55,380 nt of DNA from an uncultured Gammaproteobacteria bacterium (GTDB lineage: Bacteria > Patescibacteriota > Microgenomatia > UBA10105 > UBA927). Location of the stretch: assembly GCA_964394685.1 (NCBI GenBank), contig CAYMYO010000004.1, forward strand, positions 9,063-64,442, given 5' to 3'. Every line of letters starts with the position of its first letter. Within the stretch, counting starts at the first letter, position 1. This document shows positions 1 through 8,469 of this stretch, piece after piece. The translations under genes were made by a program, and so were the position numbers. The notes below the pieces were generated by a model. That model saw only the letters and a list, made by a program, of their open reading frames with translations, searched no databases and had not been told where the DNA came from.

Positions 1-359
1 TTTCCAGCAAATTTTCCATCTCCATTTGTCATCATGACGCTATCATCAACTATTCCTTGTATGATGATTATTGATTCTTTTGATGTTGATCCTGATATGA
101 GCACAGAATCAGTTGTTTCAATTGCATCAGGAAGCGGATTATCAATAGTAACTTTGTGCGGAGCCTCAGCAGTTTTCGTTGGCGTTGGTGTAGATTTTTT
201 TTGAGGCCATGCGAGTTGTGGCATGGAAATTTTGAATATTGAAGGCATCGTAATTTTTGGGAATGATTTCATGAGGTTGGGTCCGACAAGGATAATACCA
301 GTAAGGAGAAGTCCTATGCCAAGTCCGATAAGGGTTGCGAAAAATGCATCTTTATTCAT
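1..359 (-). CDS. Membrane-anchored exported protein with a Pro/Thr linker and probable Ig-like domain (partial; 3' end outside window)
   Basis: Manual translation from ATG at 359: MNKDAFFATLIGLGIGLLLTGIILVGP...STPTPTKT...VTIDNPLPDAIETTDSVLISGST; frame open to window edge; not in ORF track. Confidence 0.7.
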   Translation of the reverse strand, partial: MNKDAFFATLIGLGIGLLLTGIILVGPNLMKSFPKITMPSIFKISMPQLAWPQKKSTPTPTKTAEAPHKVTIDNPLPDAIETTDSVLISGSTSKESIIIIQGIVDDSVMMTNGDGKFAG

Positions 360-413
360 ACGATTTTTTGGTGTTGCTAAGCATAACGCAAACGTGGTAT
401 AAATTGCAAGCAT

Positions 414-1040
414 ATGGATATTACTTCATTTGGTCAGTCATCGTTTAAAATAAAAGGAAAAACTGCAACGCTTGTTACCGATCCATTTGATTCTCCGTTT
501 ACCGGATTAAAATTTCCTAAACATATTGAGGCAAATATTGTAACTGTTTCTCACAGTCACGAAGATCATAACGCGACAGCACAAATAGAAGGAAATCCAT
601 TTATTGTTGCAGGTCCTGGTGAGTATGAAATCAAAGGAGTAGGTATTGTGGGAATTTCCTCTCATCATGACAGTGAAAAAAAGGAACTCAACACAATTTA
701 TCGAATTGAAATGGATGATTTGAGTATTGTGCATCTTGGTGATTTGGGCAGGATGCTGACATCTGATGAAGTTGATGAACTTAATGGGGTGGACATTCTC
801 ATGATTCCGGTTGGTGGAACGTATACGATTGACGCGTCACAAGCAGCCAAACTTGTGTCGGAAATTGAGCCTTCTATTATTATCCCCATGCATTATCTTC
901 GTCCTGGACTTAAATTTGATCTAGCACCCGTTTCAGCGTTTTTGAAAGAAATGGCACAAGAAACAGTCACTGCCCAACCGAAACTCATTGTTTCAAAGGC
1001 AAAACTTCCGGAACAAAAGCAAATTATTGTTTTAGAGTAA
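414..1040 (+). CDS. MBL-fold metallo-hydrolase (Zn-dependent hydrolase)
   Basis: SHSHEDH metal motif, HLGDLG, IPVGG, PMHY. Confidence 0.9.
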   Translation: MDITSFGQSSFKIKGKTATLVTDPFDSPFTGLKFPKHIEANIVTVSHSHEDHNATAQIEGNPFIVAGPGEYEIKGVGIVGISSHHDSEKKELNTIYRIEMDDLSIVHLGDLGRMLTSDEVDELNGVDILMIPVGGTYTIDASQAAKLVSEIEPSIIIPMHYLRPGLKFDLAPVSAFLKEMAQETVTAQPKLIVSKAKLPEQKQIIVLE

Positions 1041-1044
1041 CAGT

Positions 1045-2388
1045 ATGCAAAATCCAAAAGTGCCTCCGCACGATGATAGTGCGGAAGAGTCAGTTCTTGG
1101 CGCCATCCTTATTGATCGGGATGCCATGATTGACGTGGTTGAATTTCTTCGGTCTGAACACTTCTACAAAGAAGCAAATGGTCATGTGTATATGGCCATG
1201 ATGAATTTGTATGAGCGTCATGACCCCATTGATGTTGTAACTGTTGTCAATGAGCTGAAAAAAATTGGATCCTTGACTGAAGCAGGAGGAGCATCGCGAA
1301 TCAATGAACTAGTCAATGTGGTTCCAACAGCAGCCAATGCCGAACAGTACGGACATATCATTAAAGAATACCATACAAAGCGGCTGCTTATTTCAGCAGC
1401 AGCTGAAATTAATACCCTTGCGTTTAAAGAATCGGGAGAGGTGCAGTCCATTCTTGATAGCGCTGAGCAGCGAATTTTTGCCATATCCCAGCATGCGATG
1501 AAACGGGATTTCATTCCCATCAAAGACGCACTCGCTGCGTCATTTGACCGCTTAGATGAGCTCCATAAACGAGCTGGGGGACTTCGGGGAGTTGCCACCG
1601 GTTTTCATGATTTGGATATGAAGCTTGCCGGCATGCAGGATTCAAACCTTATCATCCTCGCTGCCCGTCCGGGAACAGGGAAAACCGCAATGATTCTCAA
1701 TATTGCCCAGTATGTAGCTGTTCACGACAAAGTTCCTGTTGGGATATTTTCTCTTGAAATGAGCAAAGAAGAATTGGTGGATCGGCTTTTGGTTGCGCAA
1801 GCGGATATCGACGCGTGGAAACTGAAAACCGGAAAGCTTTCTGATGATGATTTTACGAAACTTTCTGATGCAATGGGTCAACTTGCCGAGGCGCCTCTTT
1901 TTATTGACGATACGCCGGGACTATCCATTCTAGAGATGCGGACAAAAGCACGAAGATTGCAAATGGAATACGGAGTAAAACTCATGGTCGTTGATTACTT
2001 GCAGCTTGCTGATTCTGGGAGACGGTATGATAATCGTGTTCAGGAAGTGTCTGTTATTTCGCAAAGTTTGAAAAATCTTGCGCGTGAACTTAATGTTCCG
2101 GTTCTTGCCTGTTCACAACTTTCCCGTGCTGTTGAAAGCAGGGGAACCAGAGTGCCGGAATTGTCAGATCTTCGGGAATCAGGGTCCATTGAACAAGATG
2201 CCGATGTCGTTATGTTTCTCTATCGCGAAGAAGCGGATATGACACAGTGGGGCGAACAAATTCCGACAAAACTGCGGATTGCAAAACATAGAAACGGCCC
2301 CTTAGGGGAAATAGACATGGTCTTCCGCGGCGACCGCATTCGTTTTTACGGGGTAGAACACAAGCGTGACGAAACTCCGGCAGGATGA
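1045..2388 (+). CDS. dnaB: Replicative DNA helicase DnaB
   Basis: PPHDDSAEESVLG N-terminus, Walker A AARPGTGKT, VVDYLQL, SQLSR, LRESGSIEQDAD, AKHRNGP. Confidence 0.98.
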   Translation: MQNPKVPPHDDSAEESVLGAILIDRDAMIDVVEFLRSEHFYKEANGHVYMAMMNLYERHDPIDVVTVVNELKKIGSLTEAGGASRINELVNVVPTAANAEQYGHIIKEYHTKRLLISAAAEINTLAFKESGEVQSILDSAEQRIFAISQHAMKRDFIPIKDALAASFDRLDELHKRAGGLRGVATGFHDLDMKLAGMQDSNLIILAARPGTGKTAMILNIAQYVAVHDKVPVGIFSLEMSKEELVDRLLVAQADIDAWKLKTGKLSDDDFTKLSDAMGQLAEAPLFIDDTPGLSILEMRTKARRLQMEYGVKLMVVDYLQLADSGRRYDNRVQEVSVISQSLKNLARELNVPVLACSQLSRAVESRGTRVPELSDLRESGSIEQDADVVMFLYREEADMTQWGEQIPTKLRIAKHRNGPLGEIDMVFRGDRIRFYGVEHKRDETPAG

Positions 2389-2394
2389 TAAAAT
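2386..2394 (+). promoter_or_regulatory. Extended -10 promoter candidate for the nested tRNA locus
   Basis: TGa-TAAAAT ending 9 nt before the outer tRNA 5' end. Confidence 0.5.
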
Positions 2395-2436
2395 CATATC
2401 ATTGCCAGGGTGGTGGAATTGGTATACACGTAGTTC

Positions 2437-2550
2437 CCTGCCCGAAATGCCAAAGTGTTGGAATTGGTAGACAAGCAAGTCTCAAAAACTTGTGGAGATA
2501 ACACTCCGTGAGGGTCCGAGTCCCTCCTTTGGCACATCTTTGCAGGCGGG
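2437..2550 (+). mobile_element. 114-bp insert bounded by CCTGCCCG and GCAGGCGGG, carrying a tRNA-Leu gene
   Basis: Ends identical to those of the 21-bp element at 54813-54833; removal restores the host tRNA with no target duplication; mobility is inferred. Confidence 0.7.
2449..2534 (+). tRNA. Inner (nested) tRNA-Leu(CAA), intact, 86 nt, CCA not encoded
   Basis: Acceptor GCCAAAG/CTTTGGC, D stem TTG/CAA, anticodon stem CAAGT/ACTTG, loop CTCAAAA, variable stem GGAG/CTCC, T stem GAGGG/CCCTC, discriminator A. Confidence 0.93.
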
Positions 2551-2629
2551 TCAAAAAGCTATGACTATAAAAAGTCATGCGGGTCCAAATCCCGCCCCTG
2601 GCACAAAAGACACGTTGTTTATCTTCTAG

Positions 2630-2638
2630 TGCTATAAT
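2630..2638 (+). promoter_or_regulatory. Extended -10 promoter upstream of pepA
   Basis: TGc-TATAAT ending 21 nt before the ATG at 2660. Confidence 0.55.
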
Positions 2639-2659
2639 ACGCTCTAAATTCGCGATAAT

Positions 2660-4093
2660 ATGAAATTTTATACGACGACGAAAGATATAACTTCACTTTC
2701 CGCTGATGCGGTGGTGGTTTTTGTGTATCAGGACGAAAAAGAACCGGAGTATATAAAACAATTTCACGTACAAGAAGAAGGGTTTACTGCTAAATTAGGA
2801 AATATTTTTGTTATTCAGACGCAGGGGAAATTAGCATATAAAAAAATATTTGTTGTGGGACTCGGAAAAGATAAAGAGCTTTCAGCGCATGATTGGCAAT
2901 ATGTTTATGCATCGATCGCAAGACAAGCAAAATTAAGTAAAGTTGCCACCCTCGTTGTTCCAACAAGCGATGTCTATAACGCTGTTGTAGGATTGGGGCT
3001 TGGTTCCTATAGTTTTTTAGTTCATAAAAACAAAAAAGTACAAAAAGAAGAACATGAAATAGAAAAAGTGACATTTGTTGGAGATGCAATAATTCAAAAG
3101 GATATCGTGAGTGGTGTTATTGCAGTTGATGCTACAAATTTTGCAAGGGATTTGGTTAATGAGCCGCCGTCTGTGACAACGCCAACGTATTTAAGTAGAG
3201 TAGCGGAAAAGTTGGCGGGGATATCTGTAAAAGTTTTTGAGAAAAAAGAAATGAAAAAACTCGGCATGAATGGACTTTTGGCTATTGCTCAAGGATCCCA
3301 TGAAGAACCGAAATTTATTAAGCTTACGTATAATGGTGGTGGGAAGAAAACGATAACCCTTGTGGGTAAAGGAATTACGTATGATTCCGGCGGGTTGTCA
3401 TTAAAGCCGCAATCGGGACTGGAAACCATGAAATGCGATATGGCAGGGGCAGCAGCAATTTTGGGAGTGTTTCATGCGCTTCAAAAAACAAAACCAAACA
3501 TAAACGTCATTGGTTTGATTGCCTCATGTGAGAATATGCCGGGAGGGGGAGCGATTAAACCAGGAGATGTCGTGCGTGCCATGAACGGGAAAACAATTGA
3601 AATTGTCAATATTGATGCAGAGGGACGTATTGTTCTTGCTGATGCCTTGTCGTATGCAGAAAAATTCGTGAAATCAGATTTCATTATTGATTTAGCAACG
3701 CTCACTGGCGCTTGTGTGGTTGCGCTTGGAGAAGACATAGCAGGACTGTTTACTGATGATGAGAAACTAGCTGGTAGTTTGATCGGATCAGCAACACATG
3801 TTGGCGAAAAAATGTGGAGAATGCCTATTGCAAAGGAATATGAAGAACAACTGAAAAGTGAAATAGCCGATGTACGGAATGTTTCAAAGACGAAATACGG
3901 CGGAGCAATCAACGGTGCGTTGTTTTTGAAAGAATTTGCTCCGAAAAACTCTCCTTGGGCGCATATCGATATTGCCGGCCCCGCGTTTGCTGAAAAAGAT
4001 ATGACACTCACGCCGTATGGTGGCACAGGATTTGGTGTTCGTACGCTACTTTCATTTATCTTAGAAGCAGCAGAAGGAAAAAGAGGACGGTGA
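2660..4093 (+). CDS. pepA: Leucyl aminopeptidase (M17)
   Basis: GKGITYDSGG, MKCDMAGAA, NIDAEGRIVLAD (NTDAEGR variant), ATLTGA, HIDIAG. Confidence 0.95.
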   Translation: MKFYTTTKDITSLSADAVVVFVYQDEKEPEYIKQFHVQEEGFTAKLGNIFVIQTQGKLAYKKIFVVGLGKDKELSAHDWQYVYASIARQAKLSKVATLVVPTSDVYNAVVGLGLGSYSFLVHKNKKVQKEEHEIEKVTFVGDAIIQKDIVSGVIAVDATNFARDLVNEPPSVTTPTYLSRVAEKLAGISVKVFEKKEMKKLGMNGLLAIAQGSHEEPKFIKLTYNGGGKKTITLVGKGITYDSGGLSLKPQSGLETMKCDMAGAAAILGVFHALQKTKPNINVIGLIASCENMPGGGAIKPGDVVRAMNGKTIEIVNIDAEGRIVLADALSYAEKFVKSDFIIDLATLTGACVVALGEDIAGLFTDDEKLAGSLIGSATHVGEKMWRMPIAKEYEEQLKSEIADVRNVSKTKYGGAINGALFLKEFAPKNSPWAHIDIAGPAFAEKDMTLTPYGGTGFGVRTLLSFILEAAEGKRGR

Positions 4094-4532
4094 TGAGTTG
4101 CGTGATGACTCCCCTTGGAAACGGCGCTTTTGAATGGGCAAAATTCGTGAGCTTATAAAAACTGTAACATATTTTTTCCAGAATTGTTGCATTTGGTTTT
4201 GGACCTATTCGTTTTGGATTGGCGAAAAATATATACCAGGGTGCTTCTATCCAATCCGGAATAAGGGAGAATAGTAGTGAGGGGATCAGTACCGAAGGGT
4301 GTGTTATTTTTCCAAACAGAAGATATGCGAGGGACAGTCCCAATACTGTATCAATACTAGCAAAGGCGCCAGTTACTGCCTTTGTTCGTTTTCTCCAATC
4401 AGCGCCAAAGTCCCAGTGGGGGATGCTATCCAAAAAAAAATGCGATGCAAGAGCAAGGGTTGGTGCGAGAATGGGGTCTCTTACGCTAAAGGCAATTGCG
4501 CCGGCTACGAGTGTATGAGCTGTTGCCATCAT
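4056..4532 (-). CDS. Membrane protein, putative metal-dependent membrane hydrolase
   Basis: Several hydrophobic helices; AH...SHFFLDSIPHWD His/Asp pattern. Confidence 0.6.
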   Translation of the reverse strand: MMATAHTLVAGAIAFSVRDPILAPTLALASHFFLDSIPHWDFGADWRKRTKAVTGAFASIDTVLGLSLAYLLFGKITHPSVLIPSLLFSLIPDWIEAPWYIFFANPKRIGPKPNATILEKICYSFYKLTNFAHSKAPFPRGVITQLITVLFFLLLLLR

Positions 4533-4562
4533 AGGTTTTATTATTGTACTATAGTTACATAT

Positions 4563-5339
4563 ATGCTACCAGTTTTATTTTCTATCGGGTCATTTCATCT
4601 GTATAGCTTTAGTATTTTCCTTATCCTTGCGTGGTGCGTATGGTCATTCTTTTTTTGGAGATATCTTCGAAATCTTGCAGTGAAGGAAGATACGATATTT
4701 GACATCATGTTTTACACGACGATAGTATCTTTCTTTGTCTCAAGAGCTTTTTATGTAGGTACTCATATACCGCTCTTTTCTGATGGGTGGTTGAAAGTGG
4801 TTGCGTTATGGGTGCAACCAGGACTATCTTTTACCGGAGCGCTTATTGGAGGAGTTATTGTTTCCATACTGTTAGGACTGCGATACAAGGTGCGCATTGC
4901 ATATATTTTAGATGGACTCACTCATGCACTCTCTTGGAGTTTTTTAATTGCCTCTATTGGATCTTTTCTTGATGGATCAGTCGTAGGGAAAATTACAACG
5001 CTGCCATGGGCAGTGAGATACATTGGGCATATTGGAACACGTCATCCTATACAACTGTATGAAATTTTGGGTATGGCAGTGATTATTTTTATCTGTTGGC
5101 ACTTTCGGACGATCAAAACTTCAATAGTATTCTTTCTGTTATTTGCAACTGCAATGTTTCTATTTGAATTTTTTGTCGAATCTGATGTATACTGGGGAAG
5201 TCTGAGCGTCAATCAATGGGTATATGTGGGAATCATAGGACAGGCAATTGGCGCTTTTTATGTTCGTGGAGGAGGCAAAGAAAAACTCAGCCGACTAGGA
5301 GGAATAATTTATGGTAAGTTTTCCAAGCGACATTCTTAG
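4563..5339 (+). CDS. Lgt-like (prolipoprotein diacylglyceryl transferase family) membrane protein with degenerate catalytic motifs
   Basis: Start moved to the in-frame ATG at 4563; RHPIQLYE signature, GLSFTGAL, multiple TM segments. Confidence 0.8.
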   Translation: MLPVLFSIGSFHLYSFSIFLILAWCVWSFFFWRYLRNLAVKEDTIFDIMFYTTIVSFFVSRAFYVGTHIPLFSDGWLKVVALWVQPGLSFTGALIGGVIVSILLGLRYKVRIAYILDGLTHALSWSFLIASIGSFLDGSVVGKITTLPWAVRYIGHIGTRHPIQLYEILGMAVIIFICWHFRTIKTSIVFFLLFATAMFLFEFFVESDVYWGSLSVNQWVYVGIIGQAIGAFYVRGGGKEKLSRLGGIIYGKFSKRHS

Positions 5340-5673
5340 TAATATTCGCGTTCATCTTGAGGAAGAAAAAAAGGCGCTTGTTGCCCGAATTGATGAACTT
5401 TCCAAACAGGATCCGTTTACGGATCCGGATCGAGGGATTGATAATGCTGCGTCTGATACCGAGGCAAGTGAAGAATCTTCTCATGACCGATTTGCAGCCA
5501 TGGTTGATGAAGTAAAGGCAAAAGTAGTTGCTATTGATGATGCGCTTGTCCGTATCGGAGATGGAACGTACGGATATTGCACTGCTTGTCAGGAAATGAT
5601 TGATACGGACCGTCTGAGTGTGCTACCTATGGCAACACTTTGTAAGTCCTGTGAAGACACCAAAAAGCGATGA
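5311..5673 (+). CDS. TraR/DksA family C4 zinc-finger protein
   Basis: Coiled-coil with DNAASD, then GTYGYCTAC...RLSVLPMATLCKSC. Confidence 0.88.
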   Translation: MVSFPSDILSNIRVHLEEEKKALVARIDELSKQDPFTDPDRGIDNAASDTEASEESSHDRFAAMVDEVKAKVVAIDDALVRIGDGTYGYCTACQEMIDTDRLSVLPMATLCKSCEDTKKR

Positions 5674-6440
5674 ATCCTCAAATTCTTTTTGAAGATGATG
5701 TAATGCTTGCAATTAACAAGCCCCCGGGAATTGTGGTCAATCGCGCAGAATCGGTAAAAGGCGAAACAGTACAGGAGTGGGCTGAGGAAAAAGTTCATAG
5801 TTCACAGTTTATAGTTCATAGTGAACAAGAACAAGAGTTTGTGAATCGGGCGGGGATAGTGCACAGAATTGATAAAGAAACCTCGGGCATACTTCTTATT
5901 GCTAAAACTTCCGAAAGTTTCGTTGAACTTCAGCGGCAGTTTAAGGAACGGATTGTTAAAAAAACATATCTTGCCATTGTGCATGGAGAACTAAAACCTG
6001 AAAAAGGAGAAATCCGTGCACCGGTCGGACGACTTCCATGGAATCGGGAGCGGTTCGGAATCGTACCTGGTGGAAAAGAGTCGGTTACACGATATACGGT
6101 TCGTAAATTGTTTACCAAAGACGGCACGCCGTTTTCTTTTGTTGAACTTTATCCAGAGACAGGACGAACGCATCAAATCAGAGTTCATATGAAATACCTA
6201 AATCATCCATTATTAGGTGATTATTTATATGCAGGACGTAAAACGAGTAGGAATGATCGCACGTGGGCAACGCGGGTTATGCTTCATGCGTGGAAATTGG
6301 TGTGTATGCATCCAACCACAGGTGTTGCTATTGAAATAATTGCCCCGATACCGGATGATATAAGTAGTATTTGTAACGCTTGTCATCCCGAACTTGTTTC
6401 GGGATCCACGGGAATATCGGAAGACTGGATGCTGAAATGA
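5670..6440 (+). CDS. rluD: RluA/RluD family pseudouridine synthase
   Basis: NKPPG, HRIDKETSG (catalytic Asp), TGRTHQIRVH, LHAW; last ~19 codons derive from the repeat at 6381. Confidence 0.92.
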   Translation: MNPQILFEDDVMLAINKPPGIVVNRAESVKGETVQEWAEEKVHSSQFIVHSEQEQEFVNRAGIVHRIDKETSGILLIAKTSESFVELQRQFKERIVKKTYLAIVHGELKPEKGEIRAPVGRLPWNRERFGIVPGGKESVTRYTVRKLFTKDGTPFSFVELYPETGRTHQIRVHMKYLNHPLLGDYLYAGRKTSRNDRTWATRVMLHAWKLVCMHPTTGVAIEIIAPIPDDISSICNACHPELVSGSTGISEDWMLK

Positions 6441-6453
6441 ATTCAGCATGACA
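6381..6453. repeat. 73-bp double-hairpin REP/RPE-like element, copy 1
   Basis: TGTCAT/ATGACA termini; hairpins ATCCCGAA/TTCGGGAT and ATGCTGAA/TTCAGCAT; 65/73 identical to 15271-15343. Confidence 0.9.
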
Positions 6454-6464
6454 AGGGAGATATT

Positions 6465-8180
6465 ATGACACTCTTTACCACTCTGCTTCTGGTATTTCTT
6501 TCAGCAATCATTGGTGGGCTCGTTGCTAAAAAATTACGCCAGCCGGCAATTATTGGATATATTGCTGTTGGGGTTTTTGTTGGAAATATATTTTCGAAAT
6601 CAATTGATAAGGGGCTTATTAATCAGATAGCGGAAGTGGGTGTGACGCTTCTTTTGTTTACCCTTGGAGTTGAATTTTCATTTGAGCGGTTGAAAAAAAT
6701 ACTAAAGACAGTATCCTGGGCAGCGACGTTACAGATCCTTATTTCATTTTTTGTATTTCTCCCTCTTTTTTCGTGGTTTGGGTATGCGTTTTTACCGGCT
6801 CTTTTTATTGCAGTCGCTAGCGCCCTGTCTTCAACAGCCGTTGTGGTGAGGATGCTTACCGAACGGGGAGAGAAAGAGACTATTCCTGGCGAAGTAATGA
6901 CAGGATGGTGCGTGGTGCAGGATTTGGCAGTGATTCCTATTATGATGCTTCTTCCGGCGCTTAGCTCTATCTATCTTTCTGGTGCTTCATCAATTGTTGC
7001 AACCGTAAGTATTACCTTAATTAATATTGTCAAAGCAAGTATAGCTATTGGGGGAGTTATATTTCTTGGGAAAATTGGCGTTCCGTGGATTGTTCAAGCA
7101 GTGGCTCGGTTTGGAAGTAGAGAACTGTTTCTTTTGACGGTCATTGCGCTTGTCTTTTTATCCGCTTCTATTGCTTATGGTGTTGGACTGTCAGCGGCTC
7201 TTGGTGCATTTATTGCCGGTCTTATTGTATCGGAAACTTCTCAAAATCATACAATTTTTTCTGAAATCAGACCACTTCGGGATTTGTTTGCTGTTGTTTT
7301 TTTTGTATCGCTTGGTATGGCACTTCCGATTTCACTCCTTACTCCCATTGTGCCAACGCTTCTTGTTGCTACCGTAGGGATACTCACGGTGAAGATGGTT
7401 ATTATCTATCTCATCTCCCGTTTTGTTGGGTACCATCGGAAAACAGCGTTTTTGGTAGCTGTCGGGCTTTCTCAAATGAGTGAATTTGGTTTTATTATTG
7501 CCAAGGAAGGATTTGCAATTGGAGCCATAAGCGAACAGCAATACGCGCTTCTGGTTGCATTAGTATTTACAACCATTATGGTGAGCGCCCCGATGTCTTC
7601 GCAGGGACATGGGTTATATTACTGGATGAGAGAGAAAACCAGACGGTGGTTCCCGAAGATATTTCCGGATAGAAAAGAAGAGGCATTGTATACTGCTAAT
7701 CCAACGCTTCGCGATCACGTGGTTATTTGCGGGTATGGACGTGTAGGGAAGTATATCGGTCGCGCGCTTCAAATGGCAACTATTCCGTTTCTTGTTGTTG
7801 ACTACAATGAAACAACAACCAGAGAGCTTCGAGAAAAAGGAATTCCTGTATTATATGGAGATCCAGCTGATATTGAAGTACTTGATCATGCGGAAGTAGA
7901 CTACGCAAAATTATTAGTCGTGGCAATTCCAGATCGGCATACCCAAGAGATGGTGATAGCCAATGCGCAAACGTTAAACAAACATATTACGATTCTTTGC
8001 AGGACGCATCATGAGGAAGATCAGATCAGGCTTAAAACGTTGCATGTTGCGCATATCATTCAGCCGGAGTTTGAAGCGGCAATTTCAATAACAACAAAAC
8101 TATTCCGTAAGTATGGAGTTCCTGAAGAGGATATCCCAGGGAAGTTACAACGTTTGAAAATTGAACATGGGATGGGATAA
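6465..8180 (+). CDS. CPA2 cation:proton antiporter (Kef-type) with C-terminal TrkA-N/RCK domain
   Basis: About 12 TM segments, SSTAVV, QDLAV, RDLFAVVFFVSLG, ICGYGRVG Rossmann motif. Confidence 0.92.
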   Translation: MTLFTTLLLVFLSAIIGGLVAKKLRQPAIIGYIAVGVFVGNIFSKSIDKGLINQIAEVGVTLLLFTLGVEFSFERLKKILKTVSWAATLQILISFFVFLPLFSWFGYAFLPALFIAVASALSSTAVVVRMLTERGEKETIPGEVMTGWCVVQDLAVIPIMMLLPALSSIYLSGASSIVATVSITLINIVKASIAIGGVIFLGKIGVPWIVQAVARFGSRELFLLTVIALVFLSASIAYGVGLSAALGAFIAGLIVSETSQNHTIFSEIRPLRDLFAVVFFVSLGMALPISLLTPIVPTLLVATVGILTVKMVIIYLISRFVGYHRKTAFLVAVGLSQMSEFGFIIAKEGFAIGAISEQQYALLVALVFTTIMVSAPMSSQGHGLYYWMREKTRRWFPKIFPDRKEEALYTANPTLRDHVVICGYGRVGKYIGRALQMATIPFLVVDYNETTTRELREKGIPVLYGDPADIEVLDHAEVDYAKLLVVAIPDRHTQEMVIANAQTLNKHITILCRTHHEEDQIRLKTLHVAHIIQPEFEAAISITTKLFRKYGVPEEDIPGKLQRLKIEHGMG

Positions 8181-8202
8181 AAACATGGTATACTAATAGT
8201 AT

Positions 8203-8469
8203 ATGTACAATTGGTCGCATATTGATGAAAAAGAAATGAAACGTTTTGATCCGGTAAAATACAAAAAGTGGCGGATTGTTCAGATGCTTAATTACGATAT
8301 GCAGGGTGAACGGTTGGATCGTGAAGAAGTCAAGCGCTACTGGCCGGAGATTAAGGAAGAGATTGATCCGGAAACTCAACGGGCAGTCTCATTTTTATTA
8401 TGGGGAACACCACCCTCACTTCCCATCAGTCAGCCGTCTTGGAACAAGTCAAGACGGATGATGAAATAA
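8203..8469 (+). CDS. Small protein paired with the AbiEii-type nucleotidyltransferase (possible antitoxin/partner)
   Basis: Overlaps the downstream NTase gene; TGg-TATACT 8 nt upstream of the ATG. Confidence 0.65.
   Translation: MYNWSHIDEKEMKRFDPVKYKKWRIVQMLNYDMQGERLDREEVKRYWPEIKEEIDPETQRAVSFLLWGTPPSLPISQPSWNKSRRMMK

Larger units (their letters stand above)
2404..2603 (+). tRNA. Outer tRNA-Leu(CAA), interrupted in the anticodon loop (between positions 32 and 33) by a 114-bp insert
   Basis: Joining 2404-2436 to 2551-2603 gives an 86-nt cloverleaf: acceptor GCCAGGG/CCCTGGC, D stem GTG/CAC, anticodon stem TAGTT/AGCTA, loop CTCAAAA, variable stem TGACT/AGTCA, T stem GCGGG/CCCGC, discriminator A. 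Confidence 0.85.

Noticed and set aside
2436-2556. Archaeal-type BHB intron or group I/II intron as the explanation for the tRNA insert
   Set aside because: No 3-4-3 bulge-helix-bulge could be drawn at the junctions, and only 28 nt of non-tRNA sequence remain, too little for a ribozyme core
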